Shown here: piece by piece, positions 51,548 to 60,306 of the stretch
Layout of the letters: each line of letters opens with the position of its first letter
How positions within the stretch are numbered: position 1 is the stretch's first letter
DNA from: an uncultured Spirochaetales bacterium
GTDB lineage: Bacteria > Spirochaetota > Spirochaetia > DSM-27196 > DATKUC01
NCBI GenBank assembly: GCA_964553615.1
Contig: CAZKMA010000021.1
Location: forward strand, 4,402-68,401
DNA length: 64,000 nt
Direction of reading: 5' to 3'
The notes under the pieces: generated by a model
Databases searched by the model: none
What the model was told of the DNA's origin: nothing
The model's input: only the letters and a program-made list of their open reading frames with translations
Translations under genes and position numbers: made by a program

Positions 51548-53066
51548 CAGTTGGATTGCAGATCGCACCTTTCATCACTCACAGTTTCAAAATGTTGGTG
51601 ATCTTGTTGCCCGGAAGGAGGCTCTCGGGGTCACCATTAGCCTCTGTTTCCCCGCGTTGAACGAAGAAAAGACCATTGGCCGGGAGATTCGCGTGCTGAA
51701 GCGTGAGTTTATGGAGCGCCATCGCCTGATCGACGAGATTGGCGTTGTGGACAGTGGCAGCACCGATCGGACGCGAGAGACAAGTGAGCGCGCCGGTGCG
51801 ACAGTATTCCTTGCTTCGGACTATCTCCCCGAGTTTGGACCCCGACGGGGAAAAGGCGAGAATCTCTGGAAGAGTCTCTATCTCTTTTCCGGCGATATTA
51901 TTGTGTGGGTTGATTCCGATATCCGGAATATTCATCCAAAGTTTGTTTACGGCCTGCTTGGACCTCTTCTGGAATATCCGGAGATAGGCTACGTGAAGGC
52001 GTTCTATCGTCGTCCTGTTCAGTCCGGCAGACGGATGGTTCCTGGAGGCGGCCGCGTAACCGAGCTGCTGGTTCGACCGTTTCTCAATCTTCTCTACCCC
52101 GACCTGGCGCTTCTCGCGCAGCCGCTTTCCGGCGAATATGCGGGCCGTCGGGCAATTCTCGAGCAGGTACCGTTTTTCAGCGGGTACGGCGTCGAGATCG
52201 GGCTTCTCATTGACATTGAACACCGGTTCGGGTTGCGGGCAATGGCACAGGTGGACATGGACGAGCGCGTTCACCGGAATCAAAATATTGAGAGTCTGCG
52301 CCGAATGTCCTACGTCATTCTCTCGGTGCTCATTAAGCGGTCGGAGCAGCTCGGCAAGCTTGCGCTGCTCGAAGGACTCGGGCACCAGATGAACATCGTA
52401 CAGCGCCAGGGAACGCACTATCTTCGTGCAACCGAGGAGGTGCACGGCGTCGAGCGTCCACCAATGATTACGGTGCATTCGTATCAGGAGCAGCGTGGCA
52501 TCCAGGAAGACGACACCACATTGATCGGAACCTTCATACAGTCCAATTCGACCATCGTTCCCGCAATCAGTGATCTTCTGGACACCGCCATTGTTCGACT
52601 CACCCTGTCCGCATCCGAGCGGGACGCGGCGCTCGGCGAACTCGTCGACCTTGTTCCCGACGATGTTCTGACCGGCAGTCGTTCACGGATTCTCGCCGGG
52701 CTGCTCGAGCGGGAAGAGCGGATGACAACCGGAGTAGGGCAGGGACTCGCGATACCGCACCTGGTCAGTTCGGAGATCCGTTCGCTGACCCTGGTAATTG
52801 GCGCTTCATCCACGGGGGTGGATTTCAACTCCCTGGACCAGATCCCGGTGAAGCTCATCTTCGTCATTCTTGCACCCGAAAACATGCGTTCCCGGTATCT
52901 GCAGGTTCTCGCGGGGCTTGCCCGACTCCTGCGGGAGGAGCAGATAGTTCAACGGGCGTTGACTTCTTCAACTGCAGAAGAGCTCATTGCTCTCATGAAA
53001 AAGTATGAGGCGCTCATCCGCCTGAAACGTGAGCTCGAACCGGGATCGCCCTCCCCGGGAACATAA
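51534..53066 (+). CDS. gpgS: glucosyl-3-phosphoglycerate synthase-like GT81 glycosyltransferase fused to a PTS EIIA(Ntr/Fru)-type domain
   Basis: N-terminal 330 aa: ISLCFPALNEE...RGKGENLWKSL...IIVWVDSDI...VKAFYRRP...GGGRVTELLVRPFLNLLYPDLA...QPLSGEYAGRR...GYGVEIGLLID (GpgS blocks, DxD). C-terminal 150 aa: TGVGQGLAIPH...VKLIFVILAP (PTS_EIIA_2 with the phosphorylatable His). It overlaps the SDR gene by 14 nt. Confidence 0.75.
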   Translation: MTDLDSWIADRTFHHSQFQNVGDLVARKEALGVTISLCFPALNEEKTIGREIRVLKREFMERHRLIDEIGVVDSGSTDRTRETSERAGATVFLASDYLPEFGPRRGKGENLWKSLYLFSGDIIVWVDSDIRNIHPKFVYGLLGPLLEYPEIGYVKAFYRRPVQSGRRMVPGGGRVTELLVRPFLNLLYPDLALLAQPLSGEYAGRRAILEQVPFFSGYGVEIGLLIDIEHRFGLRAMAQVDMDERVHRNQNIESLRRMSYVILSVLIKRSEQLGKLALLEGLGHQMNIVQRQGTHYLRATEEVHGVERPPMITVHSYQEQRGIQEDDTTLIGTFIQSNSTIVPAISDLLDTAIVRLTLSASERDAALGELVDLVPDDVLTGSRSRILAGLLEREERMTTGVGQGLAIPHLVSSEIRSLTLVIGASSTGVDFNSLDQIPVKLIFVILAPENMRSRYLQVLAGLARLLREEQIVQRALTSSTAEELIALMKKYEALIRLKRELEPGSPSPGT

Positions 53067-53186
53067 AACTGACTTTCTGAATAGTCTATATGGTCTATAT
53101 TTATCCGATTACTCTTGCGAAACATGCATATTTGGGTTATGCTTTAGGTTCAACATGCAACCCGTTGGGGTTAGGGGCAATTCTTC

Positions 53187-53381
53187 ATGAACGATGCAAT
53201 CGTTTATATGGAAGGCACCGAAAAGTCCTTTCCCGGTGTTCATGATCTCGATAATTGTCGTTTCGAGTTGCTTCCCGGAGAGGGCCATGCGCCGGTGCGC
53301 CGGTTTGTCGACACCGGTTTCCACTGGTACGGCAAGACCAACATAGACGATTCTCCAATCAAGTCACTTCTCTATAACTGA
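53187..53381 (+). pseudogene. relic of a sugar-type ABC transporter ATPase (N-terminal ~35 aa recognisable, Walker A lost)
   Basis: IVYMEGTEKSFPGVHDLDNCRFELLPGEGHAPV parallels the RbsA/MglA-type start L.M.GI.KSFPGV.ALDNV...L.PGE.HAL.GENGAGKST. The sequence then diverges and stops after 64 codons. It lies in an AT-rich patch. Confidence 0.5.
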
Positions 53382-53403
53382 GTTTCCCGTTTCCAGGCCA
53401 TGC

Positions 53404-53438
53404 GGGCTGTCCGGTTTATTCCGGGCAGCCCCTTTTTT
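53404..53438 (+). terminator. Rho-independent terminator after the relic ORF
   Basis: Stem gggctgtccgg / ccgggcagccc (11 bp, one G-U pair) with loop tttatt, then a T6 run at 53433-53438. Confidence 0.75.
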
Positions 53439-53593
53439 CGGCTTGCTGCGTGTGCGCGGCATCCGGCTCCGGGCGAAGCCGCGCCTTGCAGGGCGGTCCA
53501 TCCGTGAGCAGGAGCTCCAACAGGAATCATGGACATGTTTTCCGGAAATGCATCACAAAAATCCCGTCACGTGCGTCTTATACTGGGAAGACA

Positions 53594-54145
53594 ATGAATG
53601 CAGACAATGACCACGACATGACACGTTCACGAATTGAGAAAACGTACCGCGAAGGCAGGAAGGGTTTCCTGCGCCGCGCGCGGCGTGCAGCCGGGTCACT
53701 GGTAGATGCGGAGGATGTTGTTCAGGATGCGTTTCTGGCGGCACTTGCCAACATCGACGCGCTGACTCTCGTGAACAACGCAACCTCGTGGGTCTACACC
53801 GCAATACGGAATCGAGCAATCGATTTGTGGAGACGCAGCAGGACCCGGGAGGCGTCGGGGCAAATTGACATTGCCGACGAGACGCTCTCGGAAATAGCGT
53901 TTGCCACCGGGCTTCGTCCAGACGACGCATTCATTCTGGGGGAACTCTCGGATGCGCTTGTGGATGCGATAGACGCGCTGCCTGAACCGCAGCGGGCGGT
54001 TATCCATGCACAGGTATTTGAAGGAACAACGTTTCGAGAGATTTCTGAGCAATCCGGGATTCCGATTGAGACATTGGCGGCCCGAAAGCGCGCTGCAGTG
54101 CGTGCGCTGGGTCTGGCCCTTCGTGGCTGGATCGAGGAAGACTAA
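53594..54145 (+). CDS. ECF RNA polymerase sigma factor
   Basis: Region 2 DAEDVVQDAFLAAL...WVYTAIRNRAIDLWRR and region 4 LPEPQRAVIHAQVFEGTTFREISEQSGIPIETLAARKRAAVRAL. The ATG at 53594 is preferred over the track start at 53450. Confidence 0.85.
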   Translation: MNADNDHDMTRSRIEKTYREGRKGFLRRARRAAGSLVDAEDVVQDAFLAALANIDALTLVNNATSWVYTAIRNRAIDLWRRSRTREASGQIDIADETLSEIAFATGLRPDDAFILGELSDALVDAIDALPEPQRAVIHAQVFEGTTFREISEQSGIPIETLAARKRAAVRALGLALRGWIEED

Positions 54146-54170
54146 GACGAGCCGCATGGAGGAGGAGACT

Positions 54171-54539
54171 ATGGTACGAGAACACGGGGATGGGCGCCGG
54201 CGGCGGCACCTTGATTGGCAAAGCCGCGGAATCGGCGTGAAAATTGGAATTATCATTGCAGGGATCTGCGCAGCCGGAGGGTTCTTTGTCCTTTTCGGAT
54301 ACGTGGTAGTGTGGCTCTGGAACTGGTTGATGCCGGCTATCTTCAATCTCCCGGCTATCGGTTTCTGGCAGGCATGGGGGCTCCTTGTCCTTTCGAGCAT
54401 CCTGTTCAAAGGCCATCCATCGGCAAATCAGTATCGCCATGACCGACGCCGCAAGCGGGCGCTTCGGGAGCGCCTCCACGACTTCGAGAACAACAACCGG
54501 CCGGAAGATGGGATTGCCGGAGCGGACGGTGTGGTCTGA
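54171..54539 (+). CDS. small membrane protein (2 TM, basic termini) downstream of the ECF sigma; possible non-canonical anti-sigma
   Basis: The ATG at 54171 is preceded by GGAGGAGGAG. The TM helices are IGIIIAGICAAGGFFVLFGYVVVWLW and FWQAWGLLVLSSILF. The ATG at 54156 is an alternative start. Confidence 0.55.
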   Translation: MVREHGDGRRRRHLDWQSRGIGVKIGIIIAGICAAGGFFVLFGYVVVWLWNWLMPAIFNLPAIGFWQAWGLLVLSSILFKGHPSANQYRHDRRRKRALRERLHDFENNNRPEDGIAGADGVV

Positions 54540-54590
54540 CGGCGGTGCACGTCTGTCCGTGGTGGCTCGGATCGCTTCCGGCGATTCCGA

Positions 54591-54650
54591 GCCGGCGGCT
54601 ATCGAAGCCGGCGGCAATCGAGCCGGCGGCTATCGAAGCCGATGGCGGCG
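54591..54650. repeat. 15-16-nt tandem repeat, 3 full + 1 partial units (gccggcggcWatcga[a])
   Basis: The units are at 54591-54606, 54607-54621 and 54622-54637, with a partial unit at 54638-54650. They lie in the convergent gap between the membrane protein and rluA-family genes. Confidence 0.8.
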
Positions 54651-54656
54651 TGGTAG

Positions 54657-55412
54657 TTACACCGGCGCGAGATGGTCGTACTTTGTGAGCACCTTCAACA
54701 GATAGGCAAAGTCTTTGGGATACGGTGCCTCGAATGAACAATCTCGATCGAAAAGACGGAACGCAAGAGAGTGCAGATGAATTGATGGGCGCAGGATGAT
54801 TGCCCGCTCTTCCTCATCCACTGCTTTCCGGTACCCAGGCTTCAGGCGGGACAGGAAGGGAAACTCGCCGCGGTAGAGCGGATCGGCCAGGAGCGGGAAA
54901 CCCTCTCGCGTCAGGTGAGCGCGGATCTGGAGTCGACGGCCCGTAAGCGGCACACAGCTCAGCAGCGAAAAGCGCGAGGAGGACGCAAGCGTTGATACGA
55001 CAGTGGTGGCCGGTCGACCCTTGCGGGTGTCAACCACCGAACGGAAAACCTGCGTGTGGGTGGTATCCGACTTGACGGCGGTGAGTCGAACCGGCCAGAC
55101 AATTTCGTGGTCAACGAACGCAGACCGTCCCCATACGACTGCATGAAAGATCGCGGTAGTCTCCGACTTCCGGAATCGCTGGGCAAGGTCCTTGAAAACC
55201 GGAAAAGACCTGGCTGCAACCACAATTCCACTGATGTCCGTATCCACACGGTTGCAGAGTCTGCTCCCCGGTGCGTAGCTTCCGAGCAGCAAGGAGAGGT
55301 TCGGCGCACGTACGTCGTTTTCCGTGGAGATGGCAACTCCGGCGGGCTTGCTCAGGACGATCAGATCATCGTCCTCGTGAAGGATCATCTCTTCAATGCG
55401 CGGCTGTTTCAT
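54657..55412 (-). CDS. RluA family pseudouridine synthase
   Basis: ILHEDDDLIVLSKPAGV...RVDTDISGIVVAA (variant of HRLDxxTSG with the catalytic Asp)...LTGRRLQIRAH...LHS. Its start overlaps the amylosucrase stop (ATGA). Confidence 0.8.
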   Translation of the reverse strand: MKQPRIEEMILHEDDDLIVLSKPAGVAISTENDVRAPNLSLLLGSYAPGSRLCNRVDTDISGIVVAARSFPVFKDLAQRFRKSETTAIFHAVVWGRSAFVDHEIVWPVRLTAVKSDTTHTQVFRSVVDTRKGRPATTVVSTLASSSRFSLLSCVPLTGRRLQIRAHLTREGFPLLADPLYRGEFPFLSRLKPGYRKAVDEEERAIILRPSIHLHSLAFRLFDRDCSFEAPYPKDFAYLLKVLTKYDHLAPV

Positions 55413-57361
55413 ATTGTACCCCGGCGCATGAGCCAGACGGTCTGATACGGTTCCAGAACCAGCGGTTCGACTGCCGAATGCGGCGAGTTCGTAATAAGAT
55501 CCGTAAACGAAATTCCTTCTCCCTCCGCTCGCAGAATACTTCCCGGGAAGTTGATTTTCTGCTCGCCAAAATTCGCCAGCACGAACAACCGCGACGCAGC
55601 ATGTTCTCGGACAAAGCCGAGGACGTGAGGATTCCTGGTATCTGGAAACTGTGTCGGAACGGAAGCTGCAAACACCGGGTGACCTTTCCTTATCCGGATC
55701 ATCTGCTCGAGCCTGGTAAAGACTCTGCCGACCGGACTGTGAGGCTCGGCGCGGAGTCGGTCGCGCTCCGGATCGTATTTCGGGCGATGAACCCAACGTG
55801 AGTCGTGCGCCTTGACCGGGTCTTTCGTGAACGAGTAGTCATTGAGGGTGGCAAGTTCGTCTCCAAGGTAGATCAGCGGAATTCCGCCGACCGCGAGGAT
55901 GATGCTGTGAACGAGAATTATCCGGCGAACCGCGAGTTCGACCTCGACCTCAGTCTCTTCTGCCAGCGCTTTCTCGAGTCCCGATAGAGATGCGCAGGTG
56001 CCTGAAATGCGGCAGTCTCGTGTTTCGGGATTATACTGGAACGGCATTCCGCGCGCAAAGCTTCCCGGGAAAACACCCGTGTAAAAGTCGTTCAGAAACA
56101 TGCGGTGGTCGAAACCATTTTTCCCCATAGCGGCCGCGTCTTCGTCGGAAAAGGTCCAACCGATATCATCGTGACATCGCACGTAGTTGACCCACGAACA
56201 ACTGTTCGGAATTTCAAAACGCTTCTGCATCGAGTAGCGCAGTAAGTCTATCTCCCGCGTGGCGAGTCCCTCCCACAGGAGAGCCATGAGAAGCGGATTG
56301 TAAGAGAGGGCACATTCATCCTTGCTGATGTACTGTTCCACCTCATCAGGGTGCACAATAGCCTCGGACTTGAACATGAGCGACGGACAGGCAAGCGCTG
56401 AGACCGCGTTGAACGCCTGAATGAGCGTGTGCGCCTGCGGAAGATTCTCACACGTGGTGCCCTCCTCCTTCCATGTAAAGGCAAGCGCGTCCAGTCGAAG
56501 AACATCCACGCCGCAGTTGGCGAGGAAGATCATCTCCTCGCACATGCTGCGGAACACTTCCGGATTATGATAGTTCAGATCCCACTGGTAACTGTTGAAG
56601 GTTGTCCACACCCACTTCTGCACATCTTCACGGTAGGTGAAATTTCCACGCCGAACCTGGGGGAATATTTCCCGAAGGTTTTTTTCGAACCTGTCAGGCA
56701 TGGTCCTGTCCGGAAAGAGGAAATAGTAATCCTCGTAGGCCGGGTCGCCCTGCAGCGCTCGAACCGCCCACTCGTGTTCATCGGAGGTGTGATTGAAAAC
56801 AAAATCCACTACCAGGCTGATTTCTGCACCGTGGAGCTTATCCGTGAGCGTGCGAAGATCCGCTATGGTTCCGAGATTCGGTTGCACTGCGCGGTAGCTG
56901 GAGACTGCGTAACCTCCATCGTTTTCCCCTTCAGGACAGGCAAAGAACGGCATGAGATGGAGATACGTCACGCCAAGTTGCTTCAGGTAAGGAATGCGGT
57001 CTTGCATTCCTGCAAGGTCTTTGGCGTACAAGTCGACATAACAGACCGCACCGAGCATCTGCTCGGACGTGAACCATGACGGAGACTCCTCCCGAATACG
57101 GTCAAGAGATCTCAGCTCTTTCGGCCTTGCAGACCAACCATTCAGTGCGGTCTTGAGTATTCGTTCAAGGTGGTAGAAAAAGTCGAATTGATTTCCATAG
57201 AGTCCGAGGAGCAACCGGAACAGTCGTTCGAAGTGATGCTCGAGCCGTTGCGCAAATAGCTGGAAGCTTTGCAGCTCCGCTTCCGGCAGATTTTCTCCAA
57301 GGCGGGGCAGGAGGCGATCAAGGGTCCGTCGTGCATCGGGAGACATGACCCTATTAAACAA
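55409..57361 (-). CDS. amylosucrase (GH13 sucrose glucosyltransferase)
   Basis: Collinear with my recollection of Neisseria amylosucrase over the whole length: VCYVDL.A.DL.G...IPYL..LG.TYLHLMP.F.CPEG..DGGYAVSSYR, VVDF.FNHTS.EHEWA, TFNS.QWDLNY.NP.VF, LR.DA.AF.WK..GT.CENLPQAH, NYVR.HDDIGW. Confidence 0.9.
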   Translation of the reverse strand: MFNRVMSPDARRTLDRLLPRLGENLPEAELQSFQLFAQRLEHHFERLFRLLLGLYGNQFDFFYHLERILKTALNGWSARPKELRSLDRIREESPSWFTSEQMLGAVCYVDLYAKDLAGMQDRIPYLKQLGVTYLHLMPFFACPEGENDGGYAVSSYRAVQPNLGTIADLRTLTDKLHGAEISLVVDFVFNHTSDEHEWAVRALQGDPAYEDYYFLFPDRTMPDRFEKNLREIFPQVRRGNFTYREDVQKWVWTTFNSYQWDLNYHNPEVFRSMCEEMIFLANCGVDVLRLDALAFTWKEEGTTCENLPQAHTLIQAFNAVSALACPSLMFKSEAIVHPDEVEQYISKDECALSYNPLLMALLWEGLATREIDLLRYSMQKRFEIPNSCSWVNYVRCHDDIGWTFSDEDAAAMGKNGFDHRMFLNDFYTGVFPGSFARGMPFQYNPETRDCRISGTCASLSGLEKALAEETEVEVELAVRRIILVHSIILAVGGIPLIYLGDELATLNDYSFTKDPVKAHDSRWVHRPKYDPERDRLRAEPHSPVGRVFTRLEQMIRIRKGHPVFAASVPTQFPDTRNPHVLGFVREHAASRLFVLANFGEQKINFPGSILRAEGEGISFTDLITNSPHSAVEPLVLEPYQTVWLMRRGTI

Positions 57362-57499
57362 CAGAACCGTTGCCGTTTCAAGTTGCTTCCGGTTTCCGAC
57401 GCCGGGACGTCATTTTTTCCGTTGGACTTCCGGAAAACGGGCGCAGTGATTATCGTTTTCAGATATAATGGTGAATCGGGGCGCTATAACGCGGTTGAT

Positions 57500-59140
57500 A
57501 TGAGCACATGGACAGTTCCCGGAGCGGTCTTCGGCTTCGGCAGTACAGTATTTCTCTTCGGCGTATTCCTGTATCTCTATATTCGCGAACATCGGCAACC
57601 GCTATTCTGGTTGACCATTGCGTGGGGTCTCTACGGTGTCCGCTATGTTATAGAGTTGCTGGAGATAGTGATTGGTTCGTCCACGCTGGAGCGGACACTC
57701 ATTCAGGTTCTCGTCATCCTCAGCGCCAACTTCCTCGTGCTCGGCACTCATACCCTTACCGGCCGGAGAGGGACTTTCCGTTTGACCGCCGTCTCTCTGG
57801 TTGCCGTTGTATTTGTTATTGGGTTCTCCTTTTTCCCGGGGCTCAATCTTGCTTCAACTTTGCTCGCCTTTGCTTTTACCGGTAGTCTGTACATCTGGAT
57901 CGGGGTAGTGTTCCTTGGTGTTCAGTCGGAGGCTTCTATCGGGTCCCGAGCCACGGCCGTGTTGTTTATTCTCTGGGGGCTCCATAAGTTTGACTATCCG
58001 TTTCTCCGGCAGCACCCGGTCGCTGCGGGATGGGGTTTCCTTCTCGCTGCGCTTCTGGGCATGGGCACCGCAATCTCGATTCTCCTGCACTATCTGGATG
58101 TGAGCAAGAACGCACTGGTCCGGAGTGAAAAGCTGTACAGGTTGCTCTCCGAACGTGCTCACGACATGATATTCCGGTACACTTTCGACCCCAGTCCGTC
58201 TTTTGAGTATGTGAGTCCGTCCAGCACAACCCTCGTCGGCTACTCGCCGGAGGAACATTATGCAGATCCTTCGCTTGCCGGCAAAATAGTGCATCCCGAC
58301 GATCGAGCCATTTTTACCTCGATACCGCAGTCGAACACGGGGGATATCCGCACCTTCCGCGTCATTCACCGGGATGGACGTGTTATCTGGCTCGAACAGT
58401 TATCCACGATCCTGCGCAACGAAAAAGGACGAACCATTGCGGTCGAGGGAACAATCCGGGATGTCTCGACGCGTGTTGAAAGGGAGGAGATGCTGCGCCG
58501 AGGCGAAGAACATCTGCATAGCGCTGTGCGCGAAAAGGATACGCTTCTTCAGGAACTCCATCATCTGGTAAATAATAATCTGGCCATCATACTCAGCCTT
58601 GTAGATTTCGAGATGCGGAAATACGGTGGCGCGGTCATGCCGGCACTTCGGAAAATCCAGCGCCGCGTAATGTCCGTTGCGTTGATCCACTCGCTTCTCT
58701 ACAACGGCAAGGATTCCCGGAGTCTGGATTTCCGGCAATATTGTCAATCTCTCGTGGAACATATCCGGGTAACATATCCGAAACCCTCGGCACGGCATGA
58801 GATCGTCGTTTCGATTGCCGCAGGAAATCTGGATATCGACCGGGCGAAGTCGTGTGGACTGATCATATCGGAGCTCGTCCCGAATGCGCTCGAACACGCG
58901 TTCGGGACCGGTGAGACTCAAGGAAGGGTGGAAGTCACATTCTCATGCGAGTCCGAAAGGTGTACTCTTGTCGTCTGTGATAACGGCTGTGGTTTCCCGC
59001 CGGACTTTGACTGGCGTCGGAAAACGAACTCCGGCCTCTTTATCGTGAGTTCCCTGTGTGACCAGCTCGACGCTCACATGAACATTCAATCAACACCCGG
59101 TCTTCGCGTGGAAGTTTCATTTCCCAGGAAAGGGAGGTAG
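57500..59140 (+). CDS. 7-TM sensor histidine kinase (PAS + HisKA_2 + HATPase_c)
   Basis: Seven N-terminal TM helices and a PAS region (MIFRYTFDP...HPDD...GRVIWLEQ). The H-box is ELHHLVNNNL, the N-box ELVPNALEHAF and G1 CDNGCGFP. The first in-frame ATG not overlapping the amylosucrase gene is chosen. Confidence 0.85.
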   Translation: MSTWTVPGAVFGFGSTVFLFGVFLYLYIREHRQPLFWLTIAWGLYGVRYVIELLEIVIGSSTLERTLIQVLVILSANFLVLGTHTLTGRRGTFRLTAVSLVAVVFVIGFSFFPGLNLASTLLAFAFTGSLYIWIGVVFLGVQSEASIGSRATAVLFILWGLHKFDYPFLRQHPVAAGWGFLLAALLGMGTAISILLHYLDVSKNALVRSEKLYRLLSERAHDMIFRYTFDPSPSFEYVSPSSTTLVGYSPEEHYADPSLAGKIVHPDDRAIFTSIPQSNTGDIRTFRVIHRDGRVIWLEQLSTILRNEKGRTIAVEGTIRDVSTRVEREEMLRRGEEHLHSAVREKDTLLQELHHLVNNNLAIILSLVDFEMRKYGGAVMPALRKIQRRVMSVALIHSLLYNGKDSRSLDFRQYCQSLVEHIRVTYPKPSARHEIVVSIAAGNLDIDRAKSCGLIISELVPNALEHAFGTGETQGRVEVTFSCESERCTLVVCDNGCGFPPDFDWRRKTNSGLFIVSSLCDQLDAHMNIQSTPGLRVEVSFPRKGR

Positions 59141-59142
59141 CT

Positions 59143-59532
59143 GTGGCAGAGCCTGCGATCATTCGAGTGCTTGTCGTTGAAGACGAAGCGTTGATCCGGA
59201 TGACACTCCGGTTCATGCTCGAGGACCTCGGTTGTGAGGTGGTCGGGGAAACTTCCTACGGCGAGGATGTGCGCATGATGTGCGAGGAGGTATCTCCGGA
59301 GGTGGTATTCATGGACATCCGGCTCAAGGGAACTATGGACGGAATCCAGGCGGCCGGCCAGGTGAACGAAGCAGGCAATGCTGCGATTGTCTTCATGAGC
59401 GCCTACGATTACGCCGGAAGAACTCAGGCCGGCAATCTGAGGAATGTCGTGGCCTTTGTCGGAAAGCCGTTTCTGCAAGAAGACATCGAAACCGTACTTC
59501 CGGCAGTTCGGAAACTCAGGAGTACGGATTAG
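59143..59532 (+). CDS. stand-alone response regulator receiver domain (CheY-like)
   Basis: GTG start 2 nt after the kinase stop. VLVVEDE...VVFMDIRL (phospho-Asp)...VFMSAY...GKPF. Confidence 0.85.
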   Translation: MAEPAIIRVLVVEDEALIRMTLRFMLEDLGCEVVGETSYGEDVRMMCEEVSPEVVFMDIRLKGTMDGIQAAGQVNEAGNAAIVFMSAYDYAGRTQAGNLRNVVAFVGKPFLQEDIETVLPAVRKLRSTD

Positions 59533-59545
59533 CGGTGCATCTGTC

Positions 59546-59875
59546 TCACTCGCCCGGACTATCTTCGAATACCACTGCAGTGCCGTATGCCATGAGTTCC
59601 GAAGCACCCTGCATCATGGAAGTCGTCGTGAATCGTACCGCAACCACCGCGTTGGCACCGAGCTCCTTTGCGTCTTCCATCATCCGGTCAAGGGCCTGCT
59701 CGCGGGATTCCGCCATCATCTTCGTGTAGTCGACTATTTCTCCGCCGACCAGGTTCTTGAATGCCGCCATCAAATCCCGCCCGATATGTCGGGCACGAAT
59801 TGTGTTTCCGCGTACGAGTCCAAGGACCCGGCCGATTCGCTTCCCGGGAATAGTTTCGGTGGTTACCAGAATCAT
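59546..59875 (-). CDS. ybjQ: YbjQ/UPF0145 family protein
   Basis: MILVTTETIPGKRI..VLGLVRGNTIRARHIGRDLMAAFKNLVGGEI.DYTKMM.ESREQALDRM...A.ELGANAVV.VRF matches YbjQ over its full length. Confidence 0.9.
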   Translation of the reverse strand: MILVTTETIPGKRIGRVLGLVRGNTIRARHIGRDLMAAFKNLVGGEIVDYTKMMAESREQALDRMMEDAKELGANAVVAVRFTTTSMMQGASELMAYGTAVVFEDSPGE

Positions 59876-60306
59876 CGGATCACCTCTTTATATCGATCGT
59901 TGCGGGATTCCCGTATTCTATCCGAAATGGTAATACCGAGTAAGATCAGAAAACCCGTAACCGCGACAGCCACGATCCCCTTGACCCAGATGTCGGCTCT
60001 GTCCGTGGTGAACAGGGTAATAATCGCATAGACCAGCAGTAACACGTAGGAACCGATGAAGAGTCCGAAGCCGACCGAACTGCCGATCTTTCGCGTGGTC
60101 TTCTTTGCCACCGCATCGTACCACTCTACCGGTCTTTCGGGTGCAGTAGTGCTTTCCAGACGGCGGCGAAGTCTGAGCAACTCGACGTATTCGTTCCTCA
60201 GGTCATATGAGCCTTCCACCTGTGACATGACCTCCGCTATTTCCTGCTCCGGCAGCTCGTTGTCTACGAGCGCCTGGATCTTGAGCTTCAGTTCTTCGAT
60301 TTTCAC
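59872..60306 (-). CDS. membrane-anchored anti-sigma factor (no zinc motif)
   Basis: Overlaps both neighbours by 4 nt. N-terminal LVDNELPEQEIAEV anti-sigma-like helix and two C-terminal TM helices. Confidence 0.6.
   Translation of the reverse strand: MKIEELKLKIQALVDNELPEQEIAEVMSQVEGSYDLRNEYVELLRLRRRLESTTAPERPVEWYDAVAKKTTRKIGSSVGFGLFIGSYVLLLVYAIITLFTTDRADIWVKGIVAVAVTGFLILLGITISDRIRESRNDRYKEVIR

Noticed and set aside
49350-52478. 330-aa plus-strand ORF (49350-50342) and 299-aa minus-strand ORF (51579-52478)
   Set aside because: They are antisense to the MutS-like/BON genes and to the gpgS-EIIA gene respectively. Neither shows a family signature.
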